A DNA stretch of 64,000 nucleotides, taken from NCBI GenBank assembly GCA_002633005.1, contig NMRA01000045.1:71870-135869 (forward strand), in the 5' to 3' direction. This DNA is from Phoronis australis. Taxonomy: Eukaryota; Animalia; Phoronida. Position 1 is the stretch's first letter. The number at the start of each line of letters is the position of its first letter. Under the pieces are notes generated by a model, which did no database searches, had not been told where the DNA came from, and worked only from the letters and a program-made list of their open reading frames with translations. Below are positions 1 through 12,199 of this stretch, one piece after another. The position numbers and the translations under genes are program-made.

Positions 1-447
1 CGTCATAGCTCGATTGAGAGCAGGCATTCTATCATTAGAGGTTGAGGTGGGGCGGTACTTCGGAATTCCTGTGAATGAACGGATTTGTCGTGTTTGTAAA
101 AACGGAATCGAAGATGAATTTCATTTCATTTTTGATAATTGTGAAAAATATACTCACATTCGAGCATTTTTATACGGAATTCTGCCCTACCTCAAATATT
201 CCAAAATAACTTGAAAGGTCTAGCGAAATTCATTCAAGACGCTTTGCAGTGTAGAAGTAAGTATTTGTTTATAAACTAGTCTGAAGTGGTCATATTTGAG
301 CGTGTGCAACATGTTATGTAATGGTTTAATTATTATTAAGTGACTGAATAAGCCCCTTGAGGCTGGGGGTGTGGTGAATATTCTGTCTTAGAGATTGTAT
401 TTACTGGCACCCTTATGTCACTATAATAAATAAATAATAAGAATAAA
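1..447 (+). mobile_element. 3' end of a LINE (L2/CR1-like clade) ORF2 with 3'UTR and A/TAA-rich tail
   Basis: ORF 14-214 reads LRAGILSLEVEVGRY..ERICRVCKNGIEDEFHFIFDNC, the typical C-terminal zinc-knuckle of LINE ORF2. It is followed by an A-rich tail ataataaataaataataagaataaa at ~423-447. Confidence 0.8.
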
Positions 448-1584
448 GGCTCAGGTGACATCCATGAAGTGAAGTGAGAGATACAGAGTAGTCAGCAGCT
501 GGTCATCACCATAGTTGCAGGGTCACTGAGAGCTGCAATATTCCGCAGCAGGACTGATTCCACATCAGCCGAAATGAATGATTAAAACGGGAAACGCGAA
601 ACTTTTGAAGAGATGACACTGTAGTTGTAAGCCTACGCCGGAGACAAAAGAAGACCCCGGCGCGACTGCATGGGCTCGGTTCGCTTTTTACAACACATGG
701 ACAAAAATATATTTACATGTATCTATGGCACTGCACTAAAGACTGGTATAAAGATCTTGGCCACTTACCTATAATATAAAAGTACTTTTAACGGAAAGAA
801 TAAGCGAGGAACTCTCACCTCGTTATCGTGGCAGCGAACGGGTGCGCTTAAAAAACCGAGGCCGCCCCTTCGCTTTATTCGAATTTCAAAAAATTATTCA
901 ACGTTGACATATTGAGCACGCGACTTAGCAGGTGTAAACGGTAAACACAGGCCGCGGACGAATACCCCCGAATAGTGTTTGGCTTTGAGAAAGTAGCGCG
1001 TACGCCGGATCGACTCAGTCCACGACTCATTAAGACAAAGAAAAAACACATTGGGGATTTGCAACCACAGAAACCGGCGCTTTTCCGTCGCGGGAATAAT
1101 TGGGAAAGAGGCGTCGGGTAAGGGGAGGGTGTTCTCGTGGCCACTCTCGAGAAGTTTCTGTCCGATGGCAGTTGCCCACTCAACATCCGGGTCTGAAGTT
1201 AGCGTTTTAATATATTGATTGGATTTGTAAAATGATGCTACAGGTACCAATATATCCTTTATTCGTTCCATTCTATCTTATGGCTTTTTAATTGTTGAAA
1301 AAGCACTTGCTAGGATTTATTGCAGTGGTAGTCATGGCAACTATTTTTCTACTTTCAAAAAATAATACTGGTTTTGAGATACTAGTCTTTAGTTTTAGAT
1401 TGACTAATGAATACATGCATTAGATTTACGCACCTTTTATAGATTTTTAACGAAGGTGTTTCCAAGTTTGGTACACGGGGGTTGCCTTGACATAAGTGTT
1501 TTGGAACATACTTGGTAGAACAATCAGTTTTTACTATAGGCTATTTATACTCTGACGCGTAACTCAGTATACTGTTGTAATTCC

Positions 1585-1950
1585 AAAATACCTGGTTACC
1601 CTGGCAACAGTGCAGGTTCAAGCTTGGCAACTGCACGAGGGTCACTAAAATTATTTGACCGTGGTCACCTGTCTTACCATGACTGCCATCAAGCTTAAAA
1701 TCGGTGATCTTGTTTGTGAAAATACCTGGTCACCATGCTAACAATCACCAATTCAGCTCCAACAATGAGTCAACCCAAGTACTTCTGTCAAGTTTTCTTT
1801 TTCATAATTTACATTCAAACGTGAAGTTGGCTGACGAATACCTGATTACAATAGCAACGGTGCATATTTCAGCTTGCAACCACCACCTACCCTGACTTTG
1901 CCTGCTGCTAACATGGATTTAGCAAGCTTAAAACTGTTGATTCTGGCAGT
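1585..1950. repeat. Degenerate ~115-135 bp tandem repeat, each unit with an RFX X-box-like palindrome
   Basis: Units begin aatacctggttaccctggcaac (~1587), aatacctggtcaccatgctaac (~1721) and aatacctgattacaatagcaac (~1837). aagcttaaaa recurs at ~1691 and ~1925. Confidence 0.55.
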
Positions 1951-2474
1951 CTGACTGAACACTTCACCACTTCACCTTAAACAAAATGCATACGTAAAAT
2001 TGGCACAGCCACGTCCATTTACCGTGATGTGATGCTGCTCGAGAATTACTCGTCAACTTGGAATACTCAAATGCGCCTGTGGTATCGACGGAAGTTGTAT
2101 ATCAATTGAGCCCTTCACATCATGGTCATCAATGCGTTATTCAAAGAAAATGGGTTCCGTTTGTCGACTAGTCGTTATTTTTTTGTGAAAACACCGTACT
2201 AATATGGATTACACCCTGATCATGTGACTTAAAAGAGATTTGGTTGGCCTTTAACGTAGCGAATCTATTCTTTGTAGGAACTTGTAACCTAAGTCTGTAT
2301 TAGTGTTCACGTAACATCAATTTTCTTGTCGACCATTAACCAGTGTACTTATACCTAGATTCACTAAAGTACTTTATATGGATTTGAGCTCAAATAAATG
2401 CATTGTTATAATTTTTATTTTTATTTTTATTTTTATTTTTGGTGTTACTGGAAGTAGAATATGATTCATTTCAG

Positions 2475-5400
2475 GAATTCAGCCACTGAGTACAAACCGT
2501 TCGGGCCTCTCGCTGAGAAAACGCTTCTGTGTATTCGAAGCCAACTTATGGTAACTACAGATGAAGAGATACAAACCTCTTTATGGGCTAAAATGAAGAG
2601 AATGGGGCTAAACAAGCTTTACGTGATACTTCACAAGACCGAAGTGAACCGCTTCTGGTGTGAAAAGATGAAGTCTTTGGGAATCATTGATGAGTTTAAT
2701 GTTGACGGCTTGATCCACGAGACCGAGGATGGCCGCACTGTTGAAGAAATCGGCGCCGGAATAATCGAATGGCTGAAGCAGAGAAACATCAATGTGAGTG
2801 ACTGGATATTACAAATAACATAGCCTTCAGTTGCTGTAACTGAAACGGACAGTATCCCATTAACCGTTTTACTATTAGATAATACTTTACAAAATATACG
2901 ATTCTTTGTTAGTCTTATCAGATATTCTTCATGTTTGCCAAAGCAGCGGTGAAAGCTGGAGGACGACAAAATTGGAATGTCCATGCCCGCTGCCAGAGGG
3001 GGTTCGGGGATTGGATCGACACCCGCGCAAAAGGTCCAGCCCCAGCCTGTCCGTTAAAGATATAATACAGATGGGCAACAATAAAATTGTCGGAGTTACT
3101 TGTACAAGTAACTACAATGATAGCTAAGTTAATAACAATTTTGGATTTGCTTTTGATTCAAAGCGCTTCATGTAATCGTCGGACGTACCCAGCCAGCTTC
3201 AGTACAAGGCAGCCCTCCATTGTTGCTCAAAAATCAGACATTTTTAAATGTTATAGTTAAAACTATAACCATGTTTTCTTGCATTGAAAAACTCCGACGA
3301 GCATGTTCACATTTTGGGGGAAAAGTAGCTCTCGACCTAATAGAATATTTTGGTCAACGAAGAAAGACTCTTCATATCAATAGTGTCAATGATGCATAGC
3401 CTCACAGACTTCATACGAGCAACTAACTTGATGGAAGAGATTTCCAAAGTTACATGTTACTATTCCCATGGTTCACTACTCTGAAGATCCAGTACTCCGA
3501 AGGTTCACTACTCCGAAATTTCGCCAACTTCGAAACTTCACTACTTCGAATGTTCACAATTCCGAAACCAGAACTCCGACTGTTATTTTTTCTTAAATAT
3601 AAGCACAGCTTCAGAAGTCGATTTCACATTATATCCAGGTTCTCGTTCACACCCTTACATGCATTCACTAGTAAGAGCGAGCTCAGAGGAGCAGGAGACA
3701 TCTTTGTGCAATACTGTTATATTTTTGTGTGTTACATAAAAGTAATGCGCAAAAATACAACTGGATAAAAATAACGTCAAGTCACTCTCCAACTGAATAT
3801 GTCTGTCCGTCGAGTAGGTGTAATAACTCATTTAAGCACCTCTGATTTGAACGTTTGGGAGGAGGTGACGCGAGAACGTTCTACACCACACTACATCCAA
3901 ATTTGAGTCCCGTTCATTGCGATTACATGACGGCGTTTTCCCGTTCAGTAACTTTACCAGAAGTAGAAGGTTGTGAGCGTGTGATAACATCTAGCTTCTT
4001 TGTTAACTGCCATGTACAGTCTTTTGTCTGGTATGACAACAGGCACCCAATTATATACCAGGCTTATTACAGACCAGGTGTGAACACATTCAAACCCAAA
4101 ACGAATAGGTACGTTCGGAAAGAATATATTGCGGTAACCTCGGTTGTAGTTGGGCGATTTTTGGCGATTCAAAAACTAAACATGATCATCATTTGACGAG
4201 GATTTCAGAAATGTTCAAACATGTTATAACTTAACTTTTATTTTTAACAGCACAACCCAGTCAGGCTAGATATGATTTTATTGGAGATTAGAGCAATTAT
4301 CGAACAAAAGAGAGCTGGCCCTCCAACCATAAATGCCAGAATGGAGTTAATCAGTCGTGTAAGATATTGGCTACAGGGGTCATCTTCCCAACTTATTGTT
4401 GGGCTATAGAATCGAACAAGTTGGGAGCAACGGGAAAACGCCGTGATGAACGGTCACGACATCCTCATTTCTGGTATTTAGCTGCCTCATCTTAGAAACG
4501 TAGAGCTGAGAGTCATCGTTGTATATACAGATTTCCCTTCTCCCTAATTAAGGTGCACAAACTGAGGGCCTTACTGAACACTCCACAGTGTCGACGTTTG
4601 CAAAATAACAAAGTCCACCGTTCGAGAAATTCGAACAAAATCCCGCGCGGGCCTGATGTCTGTGCCCCGAATGATTTTCCTTTCTACGGAAATGGGATAA
4701 CTTGAAAACCCGAACTTCTTTGAATATAGGCCTATTTTTAAAACTGTTCGGTTGTTGGAAGCCTTAAGTCTGAACATCAGTTTGCGGAGGCGGATTTCAA
4801 ATACCTTGCGGAAACCCTGCAGTCCTACGTCATGCCTCTATCAAACCAAACGCCACATTTGTATTGGTTTACGTAATATATGCTATCGCACTTTGCAGGC
4901 AAACGCCGGTTACTTTTTTGGTGACTTCCTGAATATGGTTGGAAGTTACGTTTGTGAACAACTCGGCATTCCTGGAGACAGCTACGAGAGTAAAAAGGTG
5001 TGTTTACTGAAGGATCTCACGCAGGAATACGTGCTTAGAACCCCGGAAGCCGCAAAGGTGGGTGATGTTGAAGAGTTTTTTTGGTTTTGGTGATTGTCAT
5101 CTATTAATATGCCAGTAGGGGAAAGTAACGACCACCACAGCCTCGAAACCTTTGGACTCGACTTTTGCCTTCTTAAAAGACAAATCGATAGGTTTATAGC
5201 TTTCTCCTGTTCTTTTGCGTTCAACTTCCCAACGCACAGGGAAACCCGTCTGTAGATACGTGTTGTTTATTGGACTGCTGTGTACTTACTACGTCCATAC
5301 ATTTACAACGCGGTTGAGCAGGGTTCTTATAGCGCGTGTGCGCACAAAAATAAACACCATAGCACACGCCTTCTTTAAAGAGTTCCTACCGTGACCCTGT

Positions 5401-8400
5401 GTCTCAAAAGGAACGTTGTTTCGACAACAGTCTGTAAATCTTAATCAAATCAGCCAGAGTCGTGTATCAAGACGATAAGCCAAACTATATTTGGTCGTCA
5501 CAATTTCCATGAAATATGCAAATTTATGATGTAATGACCTGCAAACTGACCTCATTATATTTGTTGACCATAAAAAGATAGGTGCAATTATAAGAACAAT
5601 CTACATGTATTGCCCTCAGAGGAAGAGATGAGCAGAAAGAAAATTTTAAATAATGACGCCCTTGATTTGCATAAATTATGCAAATTTATCATGCAACAAC
5701 TTGTACACTTATTTCATTAAATTCACTAAGGTCTTTCCCATTGGGAACACTTAAATTCGGTTTTGAATTGACGTTAACAGCGCGAGTTCACGCCCGAGTA
5801 AAAAAGAGTTGGATGTAACAGCGAAGCGTCGACTTCACTACAATAGACCTTATTCACGCCGACAGGAGACGCGTTCCAAAACGAGGCTCGCTGCGATAGC
5901 TCTGGTGGCTTTTTCGCGTAGTTGTACTCCGCGTTGCTCGAACAGCTAGAAAAAAATTTGACACTCTGTTTTACAATCCCTAAGGACGTTGGGATTCGGA
6001 AACGTTGGGTCCTTGCCATACGCCGCGACGAAGGAAAATGTGTCCGTGCAAAATTTATAACTGTTTTCGTATCATAATTTGTCGCATCTCGGTTGCCGCC
6101 ATAGCAACGAGGACTGGAGAATCTTCGGCCAACCAGGCTGTGTTTTCATGACTATGGGATGAAGCGCGATGCATTTTTCTTTACAAAAAGGACAGGGCCC
6201 TCAATCCCTCAATTTTGGGGCAAATATCGGCCCTGTTCCCCTCTCAAAAACATTAAAAAATCACGCGAAATTCCCGGCATCACGAAGCCTAAGAATTCCC
6301 TTAGTGATTGAAAATTTCTCTCCAACGGTTCAAATCACCTGTGACCACTGAGGTGAGAATTTGAAAAAGTAGAAAATCGTAGGCGGATTTAGCGGGGGCC
6401 CCTCTCAGAAGCTAGGCCTCACACTGGCACCTTTCCCCTCGAATATGAACGAGGCTTCTGAAGAAACATGATAACTATGCTTGTTCCAGGGGGATCCAGG
6501 ACTTTGAGTTAGGGAGGGGGGGGCCAAGGCAGAGTATTAGCCATGATTTTGCCCGTCAGACATTCGCGCTTCTGAACTGCCAAATGGAATCTGGCAGACT
6601 TTTAGGGGGGACATGGCATCCTTGGCTCCCCTCTAAATCCGCCATTGTGTTTTGTCTGAAATTGAGCTCTAAAACGAGGTTATGCTTTGGACGAAAGAAT
6701 TAGGTGTTTTAATTTTAAAATTCAACTTGGTCGAGATTGATATTTGAAAAATATAACACATGAAATAGACGTAATTATTAAAACCAAGAAAGCAGAACTG
6801 AAGGTCATATGATTTTTATTTTCAATTGCGAGCCTGGTTTTTTATCGTAAACAAAATGTATATTTAATAACATCAAGTATTATTTCAGATCAATAACAAA
6901 TCAACTGTTAGTCCCGGTAGTGCCTACCTCACCAGGACCTAAGCCATGCTTGAAGCTAGTAGGCCTACTCTTGATCAACAAATTAAACCAGATGTGACTA
7001 ATTGCACATGACCGCAAAATGCTATGAGCCACCACTGTCGAATATATTTTCAACTCGTCAACAATACGACCAGATGACCTGGTTCGTGTAGAAAGCATTT
7101 TTATCAAGAATTTATTAGAAGAAACGTAACCCTGCATTCAGCATGATACCTAATCCGTAACACTACGATCGCCACAATCTGGTCTTGTTTACTTTTCATG
7201 TTTCGAACCTAGTTATCCGAAAAAATTATATCCTTTCGTCAGACAACTCTTTGGTGCATTGATTTGTTCTTTAACTGTATTTTTCTACGTCTCTGTGGCT
7301 AATTATTGACACATTTTTTAAGATTTAATATTGAGGTTCGACTCCAAAGACCGGCCATTTAACTCAAGCAATGTAAATTTCCGCTTTGTTTATCGCAGTG
7401 AGCCTCGCTTTGGATTTTAATGTCCGCCGCGTGAATTGGGTCTATGGGGACGCATAACTTCGATGCCATCGGAGTTATCGGCAGAGGTCGCTGAGTTTGA
7501 CAACAGCGGTGGTTAATTATTAATATTTTCCTTTAATATTTATTGTTTCGGCAGTATCAGCATTCTGTTTCGATTAATCCATTTAATGTTGGATTCGTTA
7601 TTTTAAAAAATTAACGTATAGTGTACGCAAAACGAGTTCCCGCCATACGCCATACCGATTTTGTTCGATTCAGCTGTTAACCTACTCAAGAATCAAGTTT
7701 CTTTCAATATGATATCTTTTGCTATATCGTCCTCGTTAACGTTCTAGTTATCATTTATGGAGAGGGAGAGGTTCTTACCATTTTTGATTGCAAGGTCAAG
7801 AAAAGAAGGCATAGTTTTGCTGAACTAGTTTTCTGAGTAACTCCGAAGCTGATGGGAACACTAGCGCTTAACTTCGCGGTTTATCACAGTTACATGGAAG
7901 CTTCAATAGTAGCCGAGTTCCTGTACGGTAACGGGCCTACTGTCCACCTAATCATGGGTCCAAATATCAATACTTTGACCTTTGGTGCCTGATACCACAG
8001 TTATAAGCGCAAGTAAGATTTTCATTAATCATATTCCCCTAATTTGCGTATTGTATGAAAATTCTCGAAATATCCATCTCCAAAGTACCCCCATTAATTA
8101 AACTGGTCATAGTTATATGGGTGAAAGCATCAAACTAATCTACCTGTAGTGCTTACTGAGGTAGTTATCAGCAAAATCACGTTTTTGCATGATAGCGGCC
8201 TTAATTTGCATATCAGAAAACCTGTTTAATACTGTCAAGATAATAGCCCAGCTAAAACATTTGAGGGAGGCACCTAGACATGAATCAACCCAAAAACCCT
8301 GTACTACCGAGAATTTCTAGGCAATATCCGTTTCTGGCTACTGGACTATAAGGTGACTACAATTTGGTGAAAAGTGGAGATTGGTCATAGCCACAAGCTT

Positions 8401-9927
8401 TGTCTAAACAACCAGCAATCCCAGCACAGTTTCCTTTAACAGCCGGGCCCGGCTCCGATGAGCGTAACTGTCTCTTTCCTATTTTTTTCATATCTCGGGT
8501 TTCCATTCTGATTATTTTACAGTATGGCGTGCCTAGCTACTCTGTAAACACCGAGAAAGACCTAGTGGCAGCGTTAGCCAAATTAACGTTTCCTGTTGTC
8601 ATGAAGCCTTTGTGTGGAAGCGGTTCGGTTGGTTGCAAAGTTCTTCACGACATGGACAGCTGTTTAAATTACTTTGGTGAACTTGTCACTGGTATGCAAT
8701 CTGGGACACCTGTGCTTGAAAAACTGACATACACTCATTCGGTAAGATTTGATTTTAGAGCTTCAGGGTGGACAGAAGGTATTATAAGCAAACTCTCTGT
8801 AGCAACAGCAGAAAGGTAATTCAGTGTAAACACGTTTTGTTTCTCACTGTTTTCATAGGCATTCATACCTCTCAAACTCCAGGCACTAAGCTAATAAGTC
8901 ACAAACGAACTTCCTGGTGGTTTCAAAATTTGGAAAAAATTTTGTTGAGAAATTTTTGAGTAATTAACCTCAGTTTGCGGCAAAAGCAATTTTTATGCAG
9001 CGCAATGAGCTCAAAATGGGTAAGTTGAAATTCGCTAGATGGTCCTATTCGAGGAAAGAGTCATGCCCATAGAAATAGAAGTATTCTGATAATCAAACGA
9101 GACACGGCAACACAAGTGCTCTCATGCTTTTGCCCTAAACTGTTCAGATGTTAACCGAGGTACCTTTCTTCATTGGTACTACTTAGCGAATATCGAGTCG
9201 CTCACTAAAGGTACTCTTTATTTTTCAGGTGCTTGTGATGGAATACCTGAAAGGTGTCAAATATTCAGTTGACGTGGTGATTTCCCGCGGAAAACTTGTT
9301 GGCGGCTTCATTGTTAAGAGAGGCCCTCCTCCACTACCGGATTTTTGGCACACTTCTGTCACCATTCCTGGTGGCGATTCAGCAAAGGTGAACGACAAAT
9401 TGGTTGAAGCTTCGTATCAGTGCTCTCTAGCCGTCGGTCTTCGCCACGGGGTGTACAACGTCGAACTTATCCGTGACAAAGGTTACGCCTGGCCAAGGTT
9501 AATCGAAATCAATCCACGTCCTTCAGGTACTAAAATGGGTTCATTACTTGAAGTAGCGTACGGTAATGATACTGGTGTCATCAATGCAAAGCTCCGCTGT
9601 GGCATAAATCTTTCTTCCGATGAGTTAAAGATTGAGCCCAAAACACACGTGGCTGCCTATTACTTCGATTTGATTAGGCACACAGACAAGTTGAAAACAG
9701 CATACGGTCATATGTTATCAAATGCTAAATGCTACGATGTCGGGATGGCGACCCTGGGACCAAAAACTACGACAGAAATGCTGTATGAAAAACCTACATA
9801 TCTAGATCCGGTTCTCCTAGTTATGACGTCAGACGAATCAAGATGTGGGGCTATTAATAAATTATGTCGATTTCTTGTTCATTCAAAGTACTTCGACAGT
9901 ATGGAAGAAGCATTGTTGCTGTTTTAA
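2475..9927 (+). CDS. ATP-grasp amino-acid ligase, carnosine synthase (CARNS1 C-terminal module)-like; spliced, 5' exon not identified
   Basis: Phase-consistent GT-AG exons 2475-2793, 4899-5057, 8523-8741 and 9229-9927 (TAA), ~464 aa. Motifs: VCEQLGIPG, FPVVMKPLCGSGSVGCK, LVMEYLKG..SVDVVI, GVYNVEL and LIEINPRPSG (ATP-grasp ExNxR). No stops or frameshifts across the four exons. Confidence 0.85.
3471..3580. repeat. Short degenerate tandem motif (ttcactactccgaa)n, probably MITE subterminal repeats
   Basis: Several imperfect copies of ttcactactc(c/t)gaa in intron 1 of the ligase gene. Confidence 0.5.
5845..7443 (+). mobile_element. Degenerate THAP-containing DNA transposon (ISL2EU/PIF-like) with AT target duplication
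   Basis: Inverted termini at|agaccttattcacgc (5845) and gcgtgaattgggtct|at (7443). Internal frameshifted THAP remnant: SCTPRCSNS (~5920), then CFTIPKDVGIRKRWVLAIRRDEGK (5967-6038). Confidence 0.65.
6487..6647. mobile_element. MITE of the CAGGGGCGGATCC..ATCCGCCACTG family (5-bp TSD, hAT5-like)
   Basis: Termini caggggggatccagg / aaatccgccattg; flanks tgttc/tgttt. Internal sequence is shared with the copy at 21789. Confidence 0.7.
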
Positions 9928-10149
9928 ATGAAAGGATTTTTGTGTGTGATCTTCTACAGACTGAAAGCCTTGCACGCCATGTATGATACACGACACGGAA
10001 TTTGCTTGAAAATTTTCCTTTTATTTATCCATATGTTCGTATGGGAAGGAGCGGATAAAGGGAAGGAAAGGGAAAGAGAATACAACCAATCTGCTAATTC
10101 ATTTGCCAATGGAAGATCAATATTGTAAGAAGCATTATTGCAACCACGG

Positions 10150-11640
10150 GATGAGATAACTTAGAATATGTAGGGAACAGTCGACGTTTTATAGAGCAAG
10201 TTTACAGTGTATTCTGGAAAAAGGAACATTTTTTATTTAACATCACCGATTTTGATGCTTTATGTCCTATTTCTTGAACGTGTGCATTCCATATCATTGA
10301 TGTATCGTTACTTTTAAAAGTCAAATGTGAACTAGTAGATCAGAGTTTTGTTCGTTATTTTGATGGATGAAATTTGACAAGGTTAGTTTTATATCTGTCT
10401 GAGGATACTGGACAATCACGTGTAATTGTCTGTTTACTATGAACCAGTCGTTAACTTCAGAGAACTTGGCATTGATGTTGTCGTCGCGTAGGTTCTTGGA
10501 AAATTTGGAAGGAGAGATGGAGCATGTGTCAGCAACATAAACAAGAGGTAAAGGTTTGTACAAAAAACAAAAATCATTAACGCAAAGGAACAAAAGAAGA
10601 GGGTCAAGGATAGAACCTGAGGCACATCGTTTGTAATACATAGTGATGAAAATTGAAAATTAGTTTTCGTTAGAGACAGACTGTTTCCCATTTTGAAAAT
10701 AGTTTTGGTACCTGTTTGACTGGGTTTTGTGGCATCCGTTGAGACCGTGCATTAAAGAGTATTGCATAATCTAGGGCCCGAAAGCTTCGCCGATAAAGAT
10801 TGATAAAGTTGTGTATTGAGAGTCGATATAGTACATGTAGGTAAAGTATATGTTCCTCAAATTTTTGGAGTGGTTTTGTCTAACGAATGGTAAAGAAGGT
10901 GGCTGTTTGTTAAGTAAGAGAACCAATGGTTACAGACTACTTCTTTGCGACTTCTGGAGAAAACGGCAACACGGAGACAGGTCAGTAACTAATTAGGTCT
11001 TATATCTGTAAGTCTTTGTTTTATATACCAGGGGCGGATCCAGGATTTTGAGTTAGGGGCCGGGTCCAGAGCACAGGAATAACCACGATTTCGCCATATG
11101 CGCGCACACACCCAAAAATGTAGGGTTGCAGAGGTGTCGAATATTTGGGTTTGGGACCTCATTACTAAAAAAAGAAAATGGTAAACGGGGTTTGTTCAAG
11201 GCCTATGCATTATGCATTCGAACTCCTCCCAAAATGGTATCTGGGAGAATTTTAGGGGGGGCCGTGGCCCCCTTGCGCCCCCCCAAATCCGCCACTGTGT
11301 ACAGGTACAGTTGTTAATGTTTTCGATAAGTCAGGTATATAATGATTGCTTTATTCTTTTACTTTTTAATTGGGTTGGAAACACTAAGGCAGGGGTTAAT
11401 TAAGTTGCTGTCAATAATTGTTTCTCATAATGATGATGTATCTACTTTGATGGCTCATTGGAAAAGGTAGGATGAACTGATGATATTAGACATATGCAGG
11501 AGGGGCTGTACCAATGCTGATGTTGTATTAAATCTATCTGCTGTTTCTTTTGTGTTGTCGAGTATACCATTGCTTCTACTCCTGGGTTGGGTTGCATAAC
11601 ACTTCAAAATTATCCGCTGGAAAAGTTTGATTGTTGCATG
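10150..11640 (-). mobile_element. Degraded LINE (CR1/L2-type) reverse transcriptase fragment; boundaries approximate
   Basis: Minus-strand remnants of RT motifs: Y*PVSVLP (~10960-11000), DVPQ/GSILDPLLLFLCVND and VYVADT (ORFs 10321-10641, 10437-10691). Frameshifted and interrupted by a MITE at 11029. Confidence 0.75.
11029..11297. mobile_element. MITE, same CAG..CTG family (5-bp TSD)
   Basis: Termini caggggcggatccagg / aaatccgccactg; flanks tatac/tgtac. Confidence 0.75.
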
Positions 11641-12199
11641 CCGTCAGGTGCATTGTTCAGCAACAGCAACGTGGCGCGTGGTTAGAATGAGTGGCGTGGG
11701 TAAGAACTGGGAAGCGATTTGATGTTGTCCCAAGTCTTGTGCATGTCTGGGACACAAATTTTCATGAAAGTGGCTGGTAACGGTTACACTAATTCTAAAA
11801 ATATTGACATCTATGGAGGAATTGTTTTTGTACATTTGATCCCAATTCGGATGTTTTGTGATGACGTATTTTCCACTGCTATGACGCGATTTGGACCCAA
11901 AAATAGGAATAGAAATGTACAGACACGCTGCATTTTCGAAACTTTTTGCAGGCCTTGAATTTTTTATTCAGGTAAATAGGGAAACCATTTAGCACTTTTT
12001 TACAAATTTATGACCGAATCCATAACCAGGAAACAATTTTTGAAATGCTTGGTAATTTACTGCACTATGTAGATATGGAGTAATTGTTATTGCTGTTTTT
12101 AATTTTGACATTTTAGTTTTATTTCATTGGGTCTAAAGCGTCAAAATGACATCCTACTAAACACACAAATAACTCAAAACCTTTACAATTTACGTAGTA

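Noticed and set aside
4500-4600. Minus-strand YNDDSQLYVS resembling an L2 RT YADD motif
   Set aside because: Too short and degraded to delimit an element.
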